NCBI GenBank assembly: GCA_951406725.2
Contig: OX597838.1
Coordinates: 32,860,001-32,924,000 of the forward strand
DNA length: 64,000 nucleotides
Reading direction: 5' to 3'
Source: Octopus vulgaris
Lineage: Eukaryota
The translations under genes and the position numbers were made by a program. Positions 39,395 through 52,902 of this stretch are shown piece by piece. Within the stretch, counting starts at the first letter, position 1, and every line of letters starts with the position of its first letter. The notes beneath the pieces were generated by a model that did not search any database, was not told the origin of the DNA, and was given only the letters and a program-made list of their open reading frames with translations.

Positions 39395-41663
39395 GTAAGA
39401 TAATCCTTTAAACCAGTGGATCTCTACTGGGGTCCATATGACTGCTTTTGAGCATCCATATGGCCCTTGGGTCTCCATAAGGTCCTTAGGAGTCTATATA
39501 AGATTTTGTTATCTGTAATAAATTCGCTATGCTTCTACAATTCACAAAATATTTTAACAATTTTTTAAAAATACAATATTTAATTAAAAAAAACCATCAT
39601 CGTTGCCAGAGCAGCCAACTGGCTTCCGTGCCAGTGGCATGTAAAAGGAACCATTCGAGCGTGATCAGTACCAGAATCGCCTTACTGGCACCTGTGCTGG
39701 TGGCATGTGTAAAAGGATTTGAGCGAGGCCGTTGCCAGTACCGCCTGACTGCCCCCCCCCCCGTGCCGGTGGCATGTAAAAAGCACCCACTGCACTCTCG
39801 GAGGGGTTGGCATTAGAAAGGGCATCCAGCTGTAGAAACTCTGTCAAATCGAGATTGGAGCCTGGTGCAGCCATCTGGTTTACCAGCCCTCAGTCAAAAT
39901 CGTCCAACCCATGCTAGCATGGAAAGCGGACGTTAAACGATGATGATGATGATCATCATCATCATTTAGTGTCTGCTTTCCATGCTGGCATGGGTTAGTT
40001 TGACTGGAACTGGTAAGCCAGAGAGCTGTGCCGGGTTCCAGTCTGTTTCAGCTTGGTTTCTGCAGCTGGATGCCCTTCCTGACACCAACCACTCCATAGA
40101 GTGTAGTGGGTGCTTTTTATGTGTTACCTGCATGGGTGCTTTTCCATGTCACCAGCACCAGCCACAACTACAATTTCATCTGGCTTGACGAGTCTTCTCA
40201 AGCACACAGCAAATCACTAAAGGTCTTGATCATTTGTCATTGCCTCCGTGTGTCCCAACATTCAAAGATTGTGCTTCACCACCTTGTCCTCTGTCTTCCT
40301 GGGTCTACATCTTCCACACATTAGTGATTGGCACTTCTTTATGCAGCTGTCCTCATCCATACGCATCATATGACCATACCAGCACAGTCTTCTCTCTTGC
40401 ACATCACATCCGAAGCATCTTATGCCCAACTTTTCTTTCAAGATGCTTACACTCTGTTATACAAATATAATGAAAATCCAAATCAAAATCGAAATCGATC
40501 AACATCAATGGAAATTGCAGCTGTGATACCAGTGCCGGTGGCACATAAGAGAACCATCCGAACATGGGCATTAGCCAGTGCCACCCCGACTGGCCTCCGT
40601 GCTGGTGGCACATAAAAAGCACCATCCGATCGTGGCCGTTTGCCATCCGCATCTGGCACCTGTGCCGGTGGCATGTAAAAAGCGCCCACTACACTCACGG
40701 AGTGGTTGGCGTTAGGAAGAGCATCCAGCCGTAGAAACATTGCCAGATCAGACTGGGCCTGGTGCAGCCTTCTGGCTTCCCAGACCTCAGTTGAACCGTC
40801 CAACCCATGCTAGCATGGAAAGCGGATGCTAAACGATGATGATGATGATATGATAATGTGTCTTGAATGGCATAACAATGCAGAGTAGACTATAATCATC
40901 ATCATCATCATCGTCGTGAGGGTTGGCAACAGGAAGGGCATCTAGCTAGAGGAAATTCACTTCAACAAATTCCCTTTGACCCATGCAAGCATAGAAAAGG
41001 GGACATTAAAACGTTGATGCTGATGCTCAAAACTCTTATTATTTGCAATGTCTAGCACCACTTGCAAAAATAATTTCTCTCTTCTCAACAAAGGGTTCCT
41101 TAATGAAGCATTAGATTTCTTATTTCTTTACTGTCCACAAGAGGCTAAACTTAGAGGGGACAGACAAAGGGATTAAGTCAATTACATCAGTCCCAATGCG
41201 TAACCAGTACTTATTTAATCGACCCCGAAAGGATGAAAGGCAAAGTTGACCTCGGCGGAATTTGAACTCAGAACGTAACGGCAGACGAAATAAAAATATA
41301 TTTCTTTATTGCCCACAAGGGGCTAAACACAGAGAGAACAAACAAGGACAGACAAAGGGATTAAATCGATTACATTGACCTCAGTGCATAACTGGTACTT
41401 ATTTAATCGACCCTGAAAGGATGAAAGGCTAAGTCAACCTCGGCAGAATTTGAACTCAGAACGTAACGGCAGACAAAATACCGATAAGCATTTCGCCCAG
41501 CATGCTAACGATTCTGCCAGCTGGCCGCCTAAGCATTAGATTTCTATCCTTCATCACAGCAAAGCAATTCATTCCACCTTATTAAATTTCTGTTAACGAT
41601 ATATTGTTGTTGCTTTTGAAATTTTAATTTTCCATCTTGTCACTAATGATTTTTACACTTCAG

Positions 41664-41870
41664 GTGATGAAAGAGTTCCGAGAAGGGGGTTATAACACCT
41701 TGATTGCGACATGCATTGGAGAAGAAGGTCTGGACATTGGAGATGTGGACCTTATAATATGCTTCGACACATGCAAAAGCCCCGTTCGTTTTGTCCAAAG
41801 GATGGGGAGAACAGGACGGAAGCGAGATGGAAAAATCATAATGCTGATCACGAAGGGCAAAGAAGAGCAA
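41664..41870 (+). CDS. FANCM: FANCM exon 9 (motifs V-VI)
   Basis: 207 bp; [31 protein letters not shown]...[12 protein letters not shown]; donor gtgagt. Confidence 0.96.
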
Positions 41871-42434
41871 GTGAGTACCTTCATCTTTCTTATATTTCTA
41901 CCTTTAATATATAAGGGTATGTACCTTCTCTCTCTTTCGGAGAGGCACTGAGCAGCTATATGCACACATACACACACGGCAGTAACTACCGCCTACCGAA
42001 TTCAATCACAAAGCTCCGGTCGGCTCGGGGCTATAGCGGAAGACACCTACCCAAAGTGCCACGCAGTGGGACTTACTTGTTATATAAGGGTATTTTCTAT
42101 TTACCCTTTACAGAAACTAGCCCTCTCTGCATATCATCATCATCATCATCATTGTTTGATGTCTGTTTTTCCATGCTGGCATGGGTTGGATGGTTTGACT
42201 GGAGCTGACCAGTCCAAACGCTAATTGTCTTTTGTGGCATGATTTCCGTGGCTGGATGTCCTTCCTAATGCCAACCACTTTACAGAGTGTGCTGGGTGTG
42301 TTTTTATGCGCCACTGGTACGAATGTGTGCATGCAGCCCTGGCATGATTTGATTTTTGATTTTGATTTTTCCAGTTTCAGCTCATGAGCTGTGGCCATGC
42401 TGGGGCACTGCCATTTGGTGTTGCTACATGATTT

Positions 42435-42700
42435 TACTTCACGAATGCTTTTTAGCATCTGCCGTTTGGTGCATGAGAGAGTTCGATGCAGCTGCCCTCA
42501 TCTGCACCTCTTGCCGTGAAGTTGGTTCATCCGGGACACCTGACAGGAAGAGATCCAGTCCTACTTTAAAGACATCCGCATCTACACCATGCAGGTCCCT
42601 CAGGTTCTTCGGGAGGATATTGAAGAGCTGTGGGCCTCTGAAGCCCAGGCTATCACAGTATCTTGTCCTACATCTTGATGGCAAATTTGGAGTGCATATT
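42435..42700 (-). mobile_element. CR1/L2-type LINE 3' fragment
   Basis: SLGFRGPQLFNILPKNLR...FK..LD.FL..VPDEP. Confidence 0.65.
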
Positions 42701-44192
42701 ATGTTGCACTGGCTCCCGAAAAGACAAGACTGCCAGGTCGGGGGAAACCCAGCAGTATCAGAACCAAGTGTTTAAGCATAAGCAAACTTTGTTCGTGTTG
42801 TTGCCTTTATTGTTTGTACCTTCTTGAGCCATGCCTGGCTCATAAGGGCCGGTTTCCCTGCTGGACGGGACGCCGGTCCATCGCAAGCAAACTTCAGTTT
42901 AGTTAAAATATGTTTGCAAAGTATTTCAACTTCTAAAGGCAAATATATATATCATCATCATCATCATCATTTAACGTCTGTTTTCCATGCTAGCATGGGT
43001 TGGACAGTTTTGACTGAGGGCTGGCAACCATATGGCTGCACCAGGCTCCAGTCTTGATCTGGCAGAGTTTCTACAGCTGGATGCCCTTCCTAACGCCAAC
43101 CACTCCGAGAGTGTAGTGGGTGCTTTTTACGTGCCACCTGCACGGGAACCAGTCAGGCGGTACTGGCAATGACCTCGCTCGAATCTTTTTACACGTGCCA
43201 GTGAAGCGACGTCGGTAATGATCACGATATATAACTAGCACCAATGCTGGGTAACCAGCACTTGTGCCGGGTAACAAGCACCTGTGCTGGTGGCATGTAA
43301 AAAGCACATTTTGAGTGCTGGGCATCATCGAAGCAATGACAGATGACCGAGACCTTTAGCAATATGCTGTCCTTGAGAAGAAGACCCATCAAGCCAAGTA
43401 AAATGTTACTCATGGCAGATACTGGTGTCATGCAAATGGCACCTGTGCCAGTGGCGCATAAAAGCACTCATTACACTCTGCAAAGTGGTTTGCATTAGGA
43501 AGGGCATTCAGCTGTAGAGACTCTGCCAGATCCGACTGGAGCCTGGTGCAACCTTCCTGCTTGCCAGTCCTGGTCAAACTGTCCAACCTATGCCAGTATG
43601 GACAATGGATTTTAGATGAGGATGATGATGATATGGCAGGCTTCTTTCAGTTTCTCTTTTACTTGTTTCAGTCATTTAACTGCAGCCATGCTGGAGCACC
43701 GACTTTAGTTGAGCAAATTGACCTCAGGACTTATTCTTTGTAAGCCCAGTATTTATTCTATTGGCCTCTTTTTTGCTGAACTGCTAAATTACGGGGACGT
43801 AAACACACCAGCATTGGTTGTCAAGCGGTGTTGGGGGAACAAGCACAGACACACATACATACATATATATATATATATATATGACAGGCTTCTTTCAGTT
43901 TCTGTCTACCAAATCCACTCACAAGGCTTTGGTCGGCCCGAGGCTACAGTAGGAGACACTTGCCCAAGGTGCCACGCAGTGGGACTGAACCTGGAACCAT
44001 GTGGTTCGTATGCAAGCTACTTACCACACAGCCACTCCTACGCCTATCTACTGTCTGCCTACCAATTTCATTCACCATCTTCACATATGTGTTTCTGTGT
44101 ATGTTTGTATGTATTATGTCTGTGTGTGTGTATGTGTCTCTGTGATATAACTGATATATTGCCGTCATGTATTATCCTTTTTATCTCACCAG

Positions 44193-44397
44193 ATGTACAA
44201 CCAAGCTCGCTATCAATGGAATAGTCTCAATAAGTCTCTCAGCAACAAACGTGGACAACTGGTCTTTTATAATCACCAACCGATCATCTTTCCAGAAGGT
44301 TTGGTGCCTCGCTGTCACAAAACCAATATTGTTGTCAAAGAGTCATTCCAGAGTATACACGGTCCAAAGGAGAAGAAACTAAAGAAATCATCCCTGA
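44193..44397 (+). CDS. FANCM: FANCM exon 10
   Basis: accag|ATG...CTGA|gtgagt, phase 0-1; YNQ...L.FY...P..FPEGLVPRCHK, comparable to the post-helicase PRM.P.G..P..HK segment of FANCM. Confidence 0.88.
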
Positions 44398-44568
44398 GTG
44401 AGTATTTTTGATTATATATAGGTGCAGGAGTGGCTGTGTGGTAAGTAGCTTCCTTACCAACCACAAGGTTCTGGGTTCAGTCCCACTGCACGGCACCTTG
44501 GGCAATAGCCTTGGGCCGACCAAAGCCTTATGAGTAGATTTGGTAGACGGAAACTGAAAGAAGTCCAT

Positions 44569-44635
<67 letters not shown>

Positions 44636-45440
44636 GTATGTGTATGTGTTTGTGTGTCTGTGCTTGTTCCCCCAACATCGCTTGACAACCGATGCTGGTG
44701 TGTTTGCGTACCCATAACTTAGCGGTTCAGCAAAAGAGACCAATAGAATAAGTACTAGGCTTACAAAGAATAAGTCCTGAGGTCGATTTGCTCAAATAAA
44801 GGTGATGCTCCAGCATGGCCACAGTCAAATGACTGAAACGAGTAAAAGAGAAAAAAGAGAGAGCCATGGGCTAAAATCTTCCTCGCTCCATCACTGCAGC
44901 TATCTCTCAGCCTCCATGCAATCATTAAGTCTATACCAGGCTTGGGCAATCTTTTTCAAGAAGGGGGCTGCATGAAACATGGTTCGTCATCAGGTGAGCC
45001 ACATCATCATCAATAGCAGTAGTAGTTGTATTAGTTGTAATAATAACCATAGTGATAGTAATAGTAATGGTATTAGTTGTAGTAGTGAAGGCGCATGGCT
45101 CAGTGGTTAGAGCGTCGAGCTTACGATCGTGAGGTTGTGAGCTCGAATCCCGGACCGGGCTGCGTGTTGTGTTCTCGAGCAAGGCACTTTATTTCACGTT
45201 GCTCCAGTTCACTCAGCTGTAGAAATGAGTTGCGACGTCACTGGTGCCAAGCTGTATCGACCTTTGTCTTTCCCTTGGATAACACTGGTGGCGTGGAGAG
45301 GGGAGGCTGGTATGCATGGGCGACTGCTGGCCTTCCATAAACAACCTTGCCCGGACTTGTGCCTGGGAGGGTAACTTTCTAGGTGCAATCCCATGGTCAT
45401 TCATGACCGAAGGGGGTCTTTTAGTTGTAGTAGTAGTTTG

Positions 45441-45860
45441 GGATCTTTTCGGTTTGAATGGCAGTTTTTTTCTAGCGGTGTCATATGAAATTGTTACCCA
45501 TAATTATGACTCTAGAATCGATCTATTGCATTTCAATCTATTTTAGAGTTAGGGTTAGGGGTGGAGGAAGGGTATCTTTTTTTTTCTTCACAAATGTAAA
45601 TAAACCCAATCTGTTTCTTAAACGAGGGACATATTCATACGGCACAGAATGTTTTTTAACTCAATAGACGTCAATGATTGGTTGAAATTGCAGAAATTGA
45701 AGAAAAAAACCCCCAAATATCTTACAAACTAGAGAATTTTCTCAATAAAGCCAAGAGAAAAAGATGTTTTATAAACACATTCTACCAGTATACGAAGTTT
45801 AAAATTTTTTTAGTTACCTAGAAATTATGTTAAAAACTGCCGTTCAAACCAAAAAGATCC
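45441..45860. mobile_element. Second copy of the 420-bp Merlin-like MITE (opposite orientation)
   Basis: Same TIRs; TSD GTAGTTTG at 45433-45440 and 45861-45868. Confidence 0.85.
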
Positions 45861-45903
45861 GTAGTTTGTAATTGGTAAGTGTTGCTATTCTTGTTTATTG
45901 CAG

Positions 45904-45995
45904 AGAAGCAGAAGACAACAAGGTCCAAGAAAGGCAACCAAGATATATCTTTGTTTACGTCACCCGTTGTACCTATGGTGGACACTTACCTTCAG
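45904..45995 (+). CDS. FANCM: FANCM exon 11
   Basis: ttgcag|AG...CAG|gttagt; phase 1-0 exactly bridges exons 10 and 12; KQKTTRSKKGNQDISLF. Confidence 0.75.
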
Positions 45996-46059
45996 GTTAG
46001 TCTGTTGTCAGAACATCACAAAAGCAATTACAGTTCTATATTTAAGAGATGTGACACGT

Positions 46060-47358
46060 AAAAAACACCACTGGGGCCAGTCAGGTGGTACTGGCAATGA
46101 CCTCGCTCGAATTTTTTACACATGCCAACGGCACAGGTGCCAGTAAGGTGATGCTGGTTACGATCCCGCTCGAATGGTGCCTCCTACATGCCACCGGTAC
46201 GGAAGCCAGTTAGCCGCTCTGGCAACAATCACGCTTGGATGGTGCTCTTGGCACCCTACTAGCATGGGGCACAAGTGCCAGTAAGGTGAAGCTGGCAACA
46301 ATCACACTCAAATGGTGCCTTTTATGTGCCACTGGCATGGAAGCCAGTTAGCTGCTCTGTCAACGATCACGCTTGTATGGTTCTCGTGCCCATCATCGAA
46401 TTTCAATTTGATTTTGATTTCGATTTCACTTGCCTCAACATGTCTTCGCAAGCAGAGTTTAGTGTCCAAAGAAGGAAAAGGTACGTACAAGTGGGCTGGT
46501 TACGCCCCTGGCATAGGCCACAGGTTATGGTCTCATTTGGCTTGCCGGGTCTTCTCAAGCACAGCATATTTCCAAAAGTCTCGGTCACTAGTCATTTCCT
46601 GGGTAAGGTCTAAAGTTCGAAGGTCGTGCTTCACCACTTCATCCCAGGTCTTCCTGGGTCTACCTCTTCCACAGGTACCCTCAACCACTAGGGTGTGGCA
46701 CTTTTTCACACAGCTATCCTCATCCATTCTCGCTACATGACCATACCAGCGCAGTCGTCTCTCTTGCACACCACATCTGATGCTTCTTAGGTCCAACTTT
46801 TCTCTCAAGGTACTTACACTCTGTCGAGTATGCACTCTGACATTACATATCCATCGGATCATACTGGCTTCATTCCTTGTGAGATTACGCATGTCCTCAG
46901 CAGTCACAGCCCATGTTTCACTGCCATGTAGCATAGCTGTTTGTACACATGCGTCATACAGTCTACCTTTTATTCTGAGTGAGAGGTCCTTTGTCGCCAG
47001 CAGGGGTAAGAGCTCTCTGAACTTTGCCCAAGCTATTCTTATTCTAGCAGCTACACTTTCAGAGCGCTACTGACTTGGTCACCTAGGTAACGGAAGCTAT
47101 CAACTACTTCTAGTTTTTCTCCCTGGAATGTGGCGAAAGTTGTTTTCTGCGCATTTTCAGTGTTTATTGCTCTCGAGTATCTGCCACATACAAAAACTAT
47201 CTTCCCAGTTAGCCTTCCTTTGATATTACTGCACCTCTTATGTGTCTATAACTTGCAGTGGGTGCATCTTATAGAGTTTCTACTTACACCTCTACTACAG
47301 ATCGAGCAGGGCCATCTACCTGAAGGGATTTGTGGTTTGCCTGCCTTACTACTTATTA
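46060..47358 (-). mobile_element. 5'-truncated RTE LINE (same family as 27284-29243)
   Basis: ORF 46533-46934 MLHGSETW...RRLRWYGHV...GRGRPRKTW plus a hairpin-repeat 3' UTR. Confidence 0.85.
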
Positions 47359-47375
47359 TATATATATATATATAT

Positions 47376-47439
<64 letters not shown>

Positions 47440-47669
47440 TGTTTGTTTTTATGTCTGTTTCTTCATGCTAGCATGGGTTAGATGAATATATTATTGAGAC
47501 ATTGATTTAGAACCAGATCCTCTTCCTGTCACTAACCTGTACCTGTTTTTCATTCATACATACATAGATGTGTGTGTATGTGTGTGTGTGCGTTATTTGT
47601 ATGAAAATATCAAGTTTTTCTATTCCGGCTTATAAAATATTTCATTCCAAAACCTTATTCTCATTCCAG

Positions 47670-50283
47670 CCAACGACAAGTGCTGCAAGCCGAGTACAGT
47701 TGGTTAACGAGCCTGGGAGGGACCGAATGTACTCTTTACTTAGTAGCAGTAGTGATGACAATGACGATGGTAACTGCGAGCTTCCGGATCTGAATGTCAC
47801 AAACTTCAAAAGCAAAGAGAAATTGTGTGGCAAGAAAACCTCAAAAACTTCCGGGAAGGACTCGAAGACAGCGGAGAAAACGAAGAAGAAAAGTAAGAAG
47901 GTTGTTGGTAAGAGTAAAAATCAGATTGAGAAGATATCAACGGAGTCGAAAGAGAAGAAAAAGAAGAATAAGAATAAGAAGAAGAAAGAATCATTCTCTG
48001 GTGATGAAATATTAAATGATGAGGCTGCTGTTAGTAGCAGCCCTCGTTTTGGAATTAGTTCTTTATTAAACAAGCACAATCCTGAGTATTGTTCTGAATC
48101 TGTCTCAGACGTGTTACTGAGCAAGGAAGCAAATTCTGAGATTTCTAAGGAAGCATTAGGTAACACCAACCATTCCCTACCAGACATGCTATTATCCCCC
48201 ATCATTTCATCAAATGTGCAAGGTTCATTATTGCAGACGAGCAAGGCTGAGAAATCTTTACATGGCAGTATGGTACCGGCGGCTCCTGTCTTTGAGGCTA
48301 TTCCTAAATTAATCGACGATTTTCGAAACGTCCTGTCTTCACAATCACCAGATTTGGACTTAGGACACCTTACAAAGAAATGGGATAATGAATTTGAAGG
48401 GCTGAAGTCTTTAAGGGCATCTGATACGGCGGCAGAAACTCCACTTAAGGGACCATTGGCAATTTCTAAAAATGTTAGTCGTAAACGAAAACTGGAAGGT
48501 GATGATGATGCTGATGAAGATGTTATGACTGAGTCTGAGAGAATTGAAAATATTTCTGTTTTTGCACCAAATATATCTGAGGAAATGGCTGAGAAAACGG
48601 TAAAATCAGACAAGCTTAAAATATCAGAGGAGAACACCTCAAAGTCAACAGCAAAATGTCACTTGAGTACTTTAAGCTTTTGTGACAAAGACTTTTTCTC
48701 GGACTCAAGTCTTTTTCTAGATGACGATTTTGATGATTTTGATGGAGTGGTCAAACTCTTGTCACCACAGCTGACCAATGCGACCAACACAAAAATCAGA
48801 ACAAGCAACTCAAGAAACGCAAGTAGACTGTCCAACAGCAGCAACAGAACTAATCGTGCGGACACAAGTGGACCCTCCAATGTAATCAGCAAAATTAGTC
48901 CAAGCAATACAACTGCGTCGTCCAACAGGAGCAGCACAACAAGTCCAGTAGACACAAACAACACAGGCATCACAACAGGGACAACTAGACCTGTGGACAC
49001 AAGCATCACAAATAGTCCGTCCAATACAAACAGCACGAGCTACACAACTATTTCTGCCAACACAAACATCACAACTAGACCAAATGACAAAAACAGCACA
49101 AGCATCACAACTATTTCTACCAACACAAGCATCACAACTGTGCCTTCCAACACAAACATCACAACTAGACCAAGTGACAAAAACAGCACAAGCATCACAA
49201 CTGTTTCTGCCAACATAAACAACACAAGTGTGAAGCCGAATTGGGTGTTCAGACATCAGGAACCTATCAACAAGCAGGCTAATGCTGACAATAAAGTTCC
49301 TGCCAATGAGAAGAAGCTGAATCCAGATCCATCTTTGAGTGTTTCAAAACTGCCAACCTCCAAGAGTTCTTTGGAATTATGCGAAGACAACGGTGGGGAA
49401 TTGGTCGATGATGGAATTTATTTTGATTTAAGTGCGGATATGTTCTCTGATTTTGATGATGATCTCAGTAAGGGAAAGAATGACAGCAACAACAGCAACA
49501 AGCCAAGAACATCAAGGAGCTTCCTAAATGATGACCGGAATCAATGTATAAGAGAAGCACCATTTTCTGGTAAAGAAACTGGCCCCTCCAAAAGGGTTTC
49601 TGGAGATGGAGGAATAAACTCCACTCTGGGATGTAAACTCTCTTCACTTATTAATTCTAACATGACTATCAAAGATTCTTCGATAAGCAATAAAATTCCT
49701 GAAGACTCTCTCAACTTTGACCTTGAATTCGACAGTGAGGACGACAACCTGTTTAAGTCAACAGACAACACTGGTCAGCAGAGTGATTTGGTCCTAGAAG
49801 ACAACGATGTCCCTGAATTCAGTCTTGAATTTGACTTTGACGATGGCAGTCCACTAACGGTAAACGAGTCGTGTTCTCCACAGGGGAACCAATCAGAGAC
49901 AGTATTTGGCATCAACATGAACACCGCAAACAACAGCAGATCACAGTCTGAAGAGAGGAGTCAAAGCAGAAGTGGTAGTAAGACCATTCCATTCCTAAAC
50001 TACTCTATTAACTCGTCACAAATGGTTGAGACAATGGTTAACGAAGGAAAAGAAGGAAAGAACTCTGGACATCTGAAGCTACCCTCATTAACTGTTGCAG
50101 AGTCACCATTTCAGTGCGCCTCTAGTAGGAGCAGTATGTCATATGGATCAAATGGAAATGTGACCCCACAGTTATGTGGAAAGGTGACCCCAGGGCTCTA
50201 TGGAAAGGTGACCCCAGGGCCCTCTGGAAAGGTGACGCCAAAACCTCTTCAACAGCTCAATTCTTATTCCAATTCCTTACATG
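47670..50283 (+). CDS. FANCM: FANCM exon 12, 2614-bp low-complexity exon
   Basis: Open frame of 871 codons; ttccag|CCA...CATG|gtgagt; position matches the large central exon of vertebrate FANCM. Confidence 0.85.
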
Positions 50284-50719
50284 GTGAGTTTGATTTCCTT
50301 CCTTTTTCACTTGAATTTGGTTTTCTTTTACATGCACGTCCTTTGTATTGACAGCCATGCAGTATTGATGTTTGTACACAGGCATCATAGAATCAGCCTT
50401 TTCTTCTGAGAAAGAGTCCTTTTGCTACCAACAGGAGTAAAAGTTCTCTGAATTTTTCCTCCCATTTCTTATTCTAGCAACTATACTTTCAGAGCATTCT
50501 GCTCCACTGCTAATTGGGTCATCTAGATAACAGAAACTATCTATTACTTGTAGGGTGCACCCTGGACATTTCACAATATCTATTTCCTCTATGCTCTCAT
50601 TATTTATTGCTCCTGCCTGTCTGCCACAAACAAATTCTACTTTTTCTATTAACCTTCCACTGCCTCTCTTATGTGTTCATAGTCTGCCCTGAGTACAGTG
50701 TACTTGTAAACTAACAGAT

Positions 50720-50955
50720 AAAAATAAAAATACATCTGTAAAGGAATTGGACAAGTGTAGTAAATATAAGGACCAGGAAATTAAAATACAAAAGATGTGG
50801 CATCTTCAATCAAAAACTGTTTTAGGTATGATAAAAAAAAAGGATGTCAGAAACATCTAGATGACATCCCAGGAGAACCATATCTCAAAGAAAGCCAAAA
50901 GATCGTGCTGACAGGTACTGCCCTCATCCTTAGAAAAACCCTATCAGTTTAAATG
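50720..50955 (+). mobile_element. Degenerate R4/NeSL-like LINE C-terminus
   Basis: IPGEPYLKESQKIVLTGTALILRKTLS-type restriction-like endonuclease tail. Confidence 0.5.
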
Positions 50956-51267
50956 TTTATGTTGTATGAATATATTTCTATACTGCCCCTGCTACTTCCC
51001 CTCCTCAAGCTTTCAGTTATATTTCAACATCTCTTAATGTCTTAATGTTCACTTGCTTTAGGGCACTGGGTGTGTCCCCTGTTTTGTGATTGCATGAAAC
51101 ATGTAGATTAATAAAATGATAATAATAATAATAATAGTTTCAATTTTTGGCACAACTGGTACTTATTTTATTGACCATAGTGACATTTGATCTCAATGTA
51201 AAGATGGATGAAATGTCGCTAAGTCTTTTGCCTGGCGTGCTAACAATTCTGCCAGCTTGCAGCCTTC

Positions 51268-51306
<39 letters not shown>

Positions 51307-52104
51307 GTAATAATAATCAGAATCATAATAATAATCAGAATCGAAATCGATCAATGGAAATTGCAGATGTGTTACCAGTGCCGGTGGCATGTAAGAGAAT
51401 CTTCCGTTTCGCGACCGTTGCCAGCGCCGCCCCAACTGGCCTCGTGCCGGTGGCATGTAAAAAGCACCATCCGTTCGTGTCCATTGCCAGCCTCGCCTGG
51501 CCCTCGTGCCGGTGGCACATAAAAAGCACCATCCGTTTGTGGCCGTTTGCCAGCTCTGTCTGGCACCTGTGCGGGTGGCACGTAAAAAGCACCCACTACA
51601 CTCACGGAGTGGTTGGCGTTAGGAAGGGCATCCAGCCGTAGAAACACTGCCAGATTTGACTGGGCCTGATGAAGCCTTCTGGCTTCACAGACCCCAGTAG
51701 AACCGTCCAACCCATGCTAGCATGGAAAACGGACGCTAAACGATGATGATGATGAATAATATAAAAACTGGGGGAGCATCATATCCTTGTGTTGAAAGGA
51801 ATTCTTGGAGGTTTGGATAATTCACCTTTGGAAACATGGGTGGTTTGTTCAACATCCTTAAACAATCCTTATTCAAGGACCTTTTGAGCGGGATGGGCTA
51901 CTCGACCAGAAGAAAATTTTAACTATGCCCCAGCTGCAAGGTCATGCGCTGTTTATCTTGATATGAGATCACCTTGTGACGCACATATGGTTGTGATGCA
52001 TGTGCCTGGTGTACCCTTATCAGACAGGTAGTCATGATGGGTATACTGGGCTTTGTATATTTTACCCCAGTGTCACTTTGATGGCATGCACTGCTCTCTC
52101 ACTC

Positions 52105-52141
<37 letters not shown>

Positions 52142-52334
52142 GTAAAAATTAGTAGTAATAATAATAATAGTAAAATTAGTAGTAATAATAATAATAATAA
52201 TAATAATAGTAAAATTAATAGTAATAATAATAATAGTAAAATTAGTAGTAATAATAATAATAATAATAAAAATTAGTAATAATAATAATAATAATAAAAA
52301 TTAGTAATAATAATAATAATAATAATAGTAAAAA

Positions 52335-52370
<36 letters not shown>

Positions 52371-52559
52371 GTAAAAAATAGTAATAATAATAATAATAAT
52401 AATAGTAAAAATTAGTAGTAGTAGTAATAATAATAATAATAATAGTAAAATTAGTAGTAATAATAATAATAATAAAAATTAGTAATAATAATAATAATAA
52501 TAATAGTAAAATTAGTAGTAATAATAATGTTGCTGATGATGATGATTATCTGTTTTCAG

Positions 52560-52766
52560 GTTCTGTGAAAAGCTGTCCCACCACTAACACTACTACTACT
52601 ACTACTACTACTGCAAATAATGATGATGATGTTGTTCATGATGACAATGATATGATTGTTCTTGATGATGATGATGATGATGATGAGGTTATCATCAAGC
52701 CTAAGAGGAAAGCTGTTATTTTCTCTCCGTCCTCCGATGGCTCCACATCAAGGTCAGAGGTGAAAG
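52560..52766 (+). CDS. FANCM: FANCM exon 13, copy a
   Basis: tttcag|GT...AAAG|gtaata, 207 bp, phase 1-1; DDDEVIIKPKRKAVIFSP resembles the acidic/basic SP segment after the large exon. Confidence 0.78.
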
Positions 52767-52854
52767 GTAATAGGCTATTTAGACATATTTAGTGTGACCT
52801 GATTGGCTGACTGGTCAGTTGGTTGGCCCTCTGGCCACTGTCCAATGACTGAAG

Positions 52855-52902
<48 letters not shown>

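Noticed and set aside
47568-50351. Independent 927-aa single-exon gene
   Set aside because: The ORF start lies in a (TG)n tract; splice sites and phases place it as an internal FANCM exon.
51666-51690. CTGATGA plus hairpin in LINE tails as a hammerhead
   Set aside because: No GAAA follows the stem, and most family copies read ctggtgca at this position.
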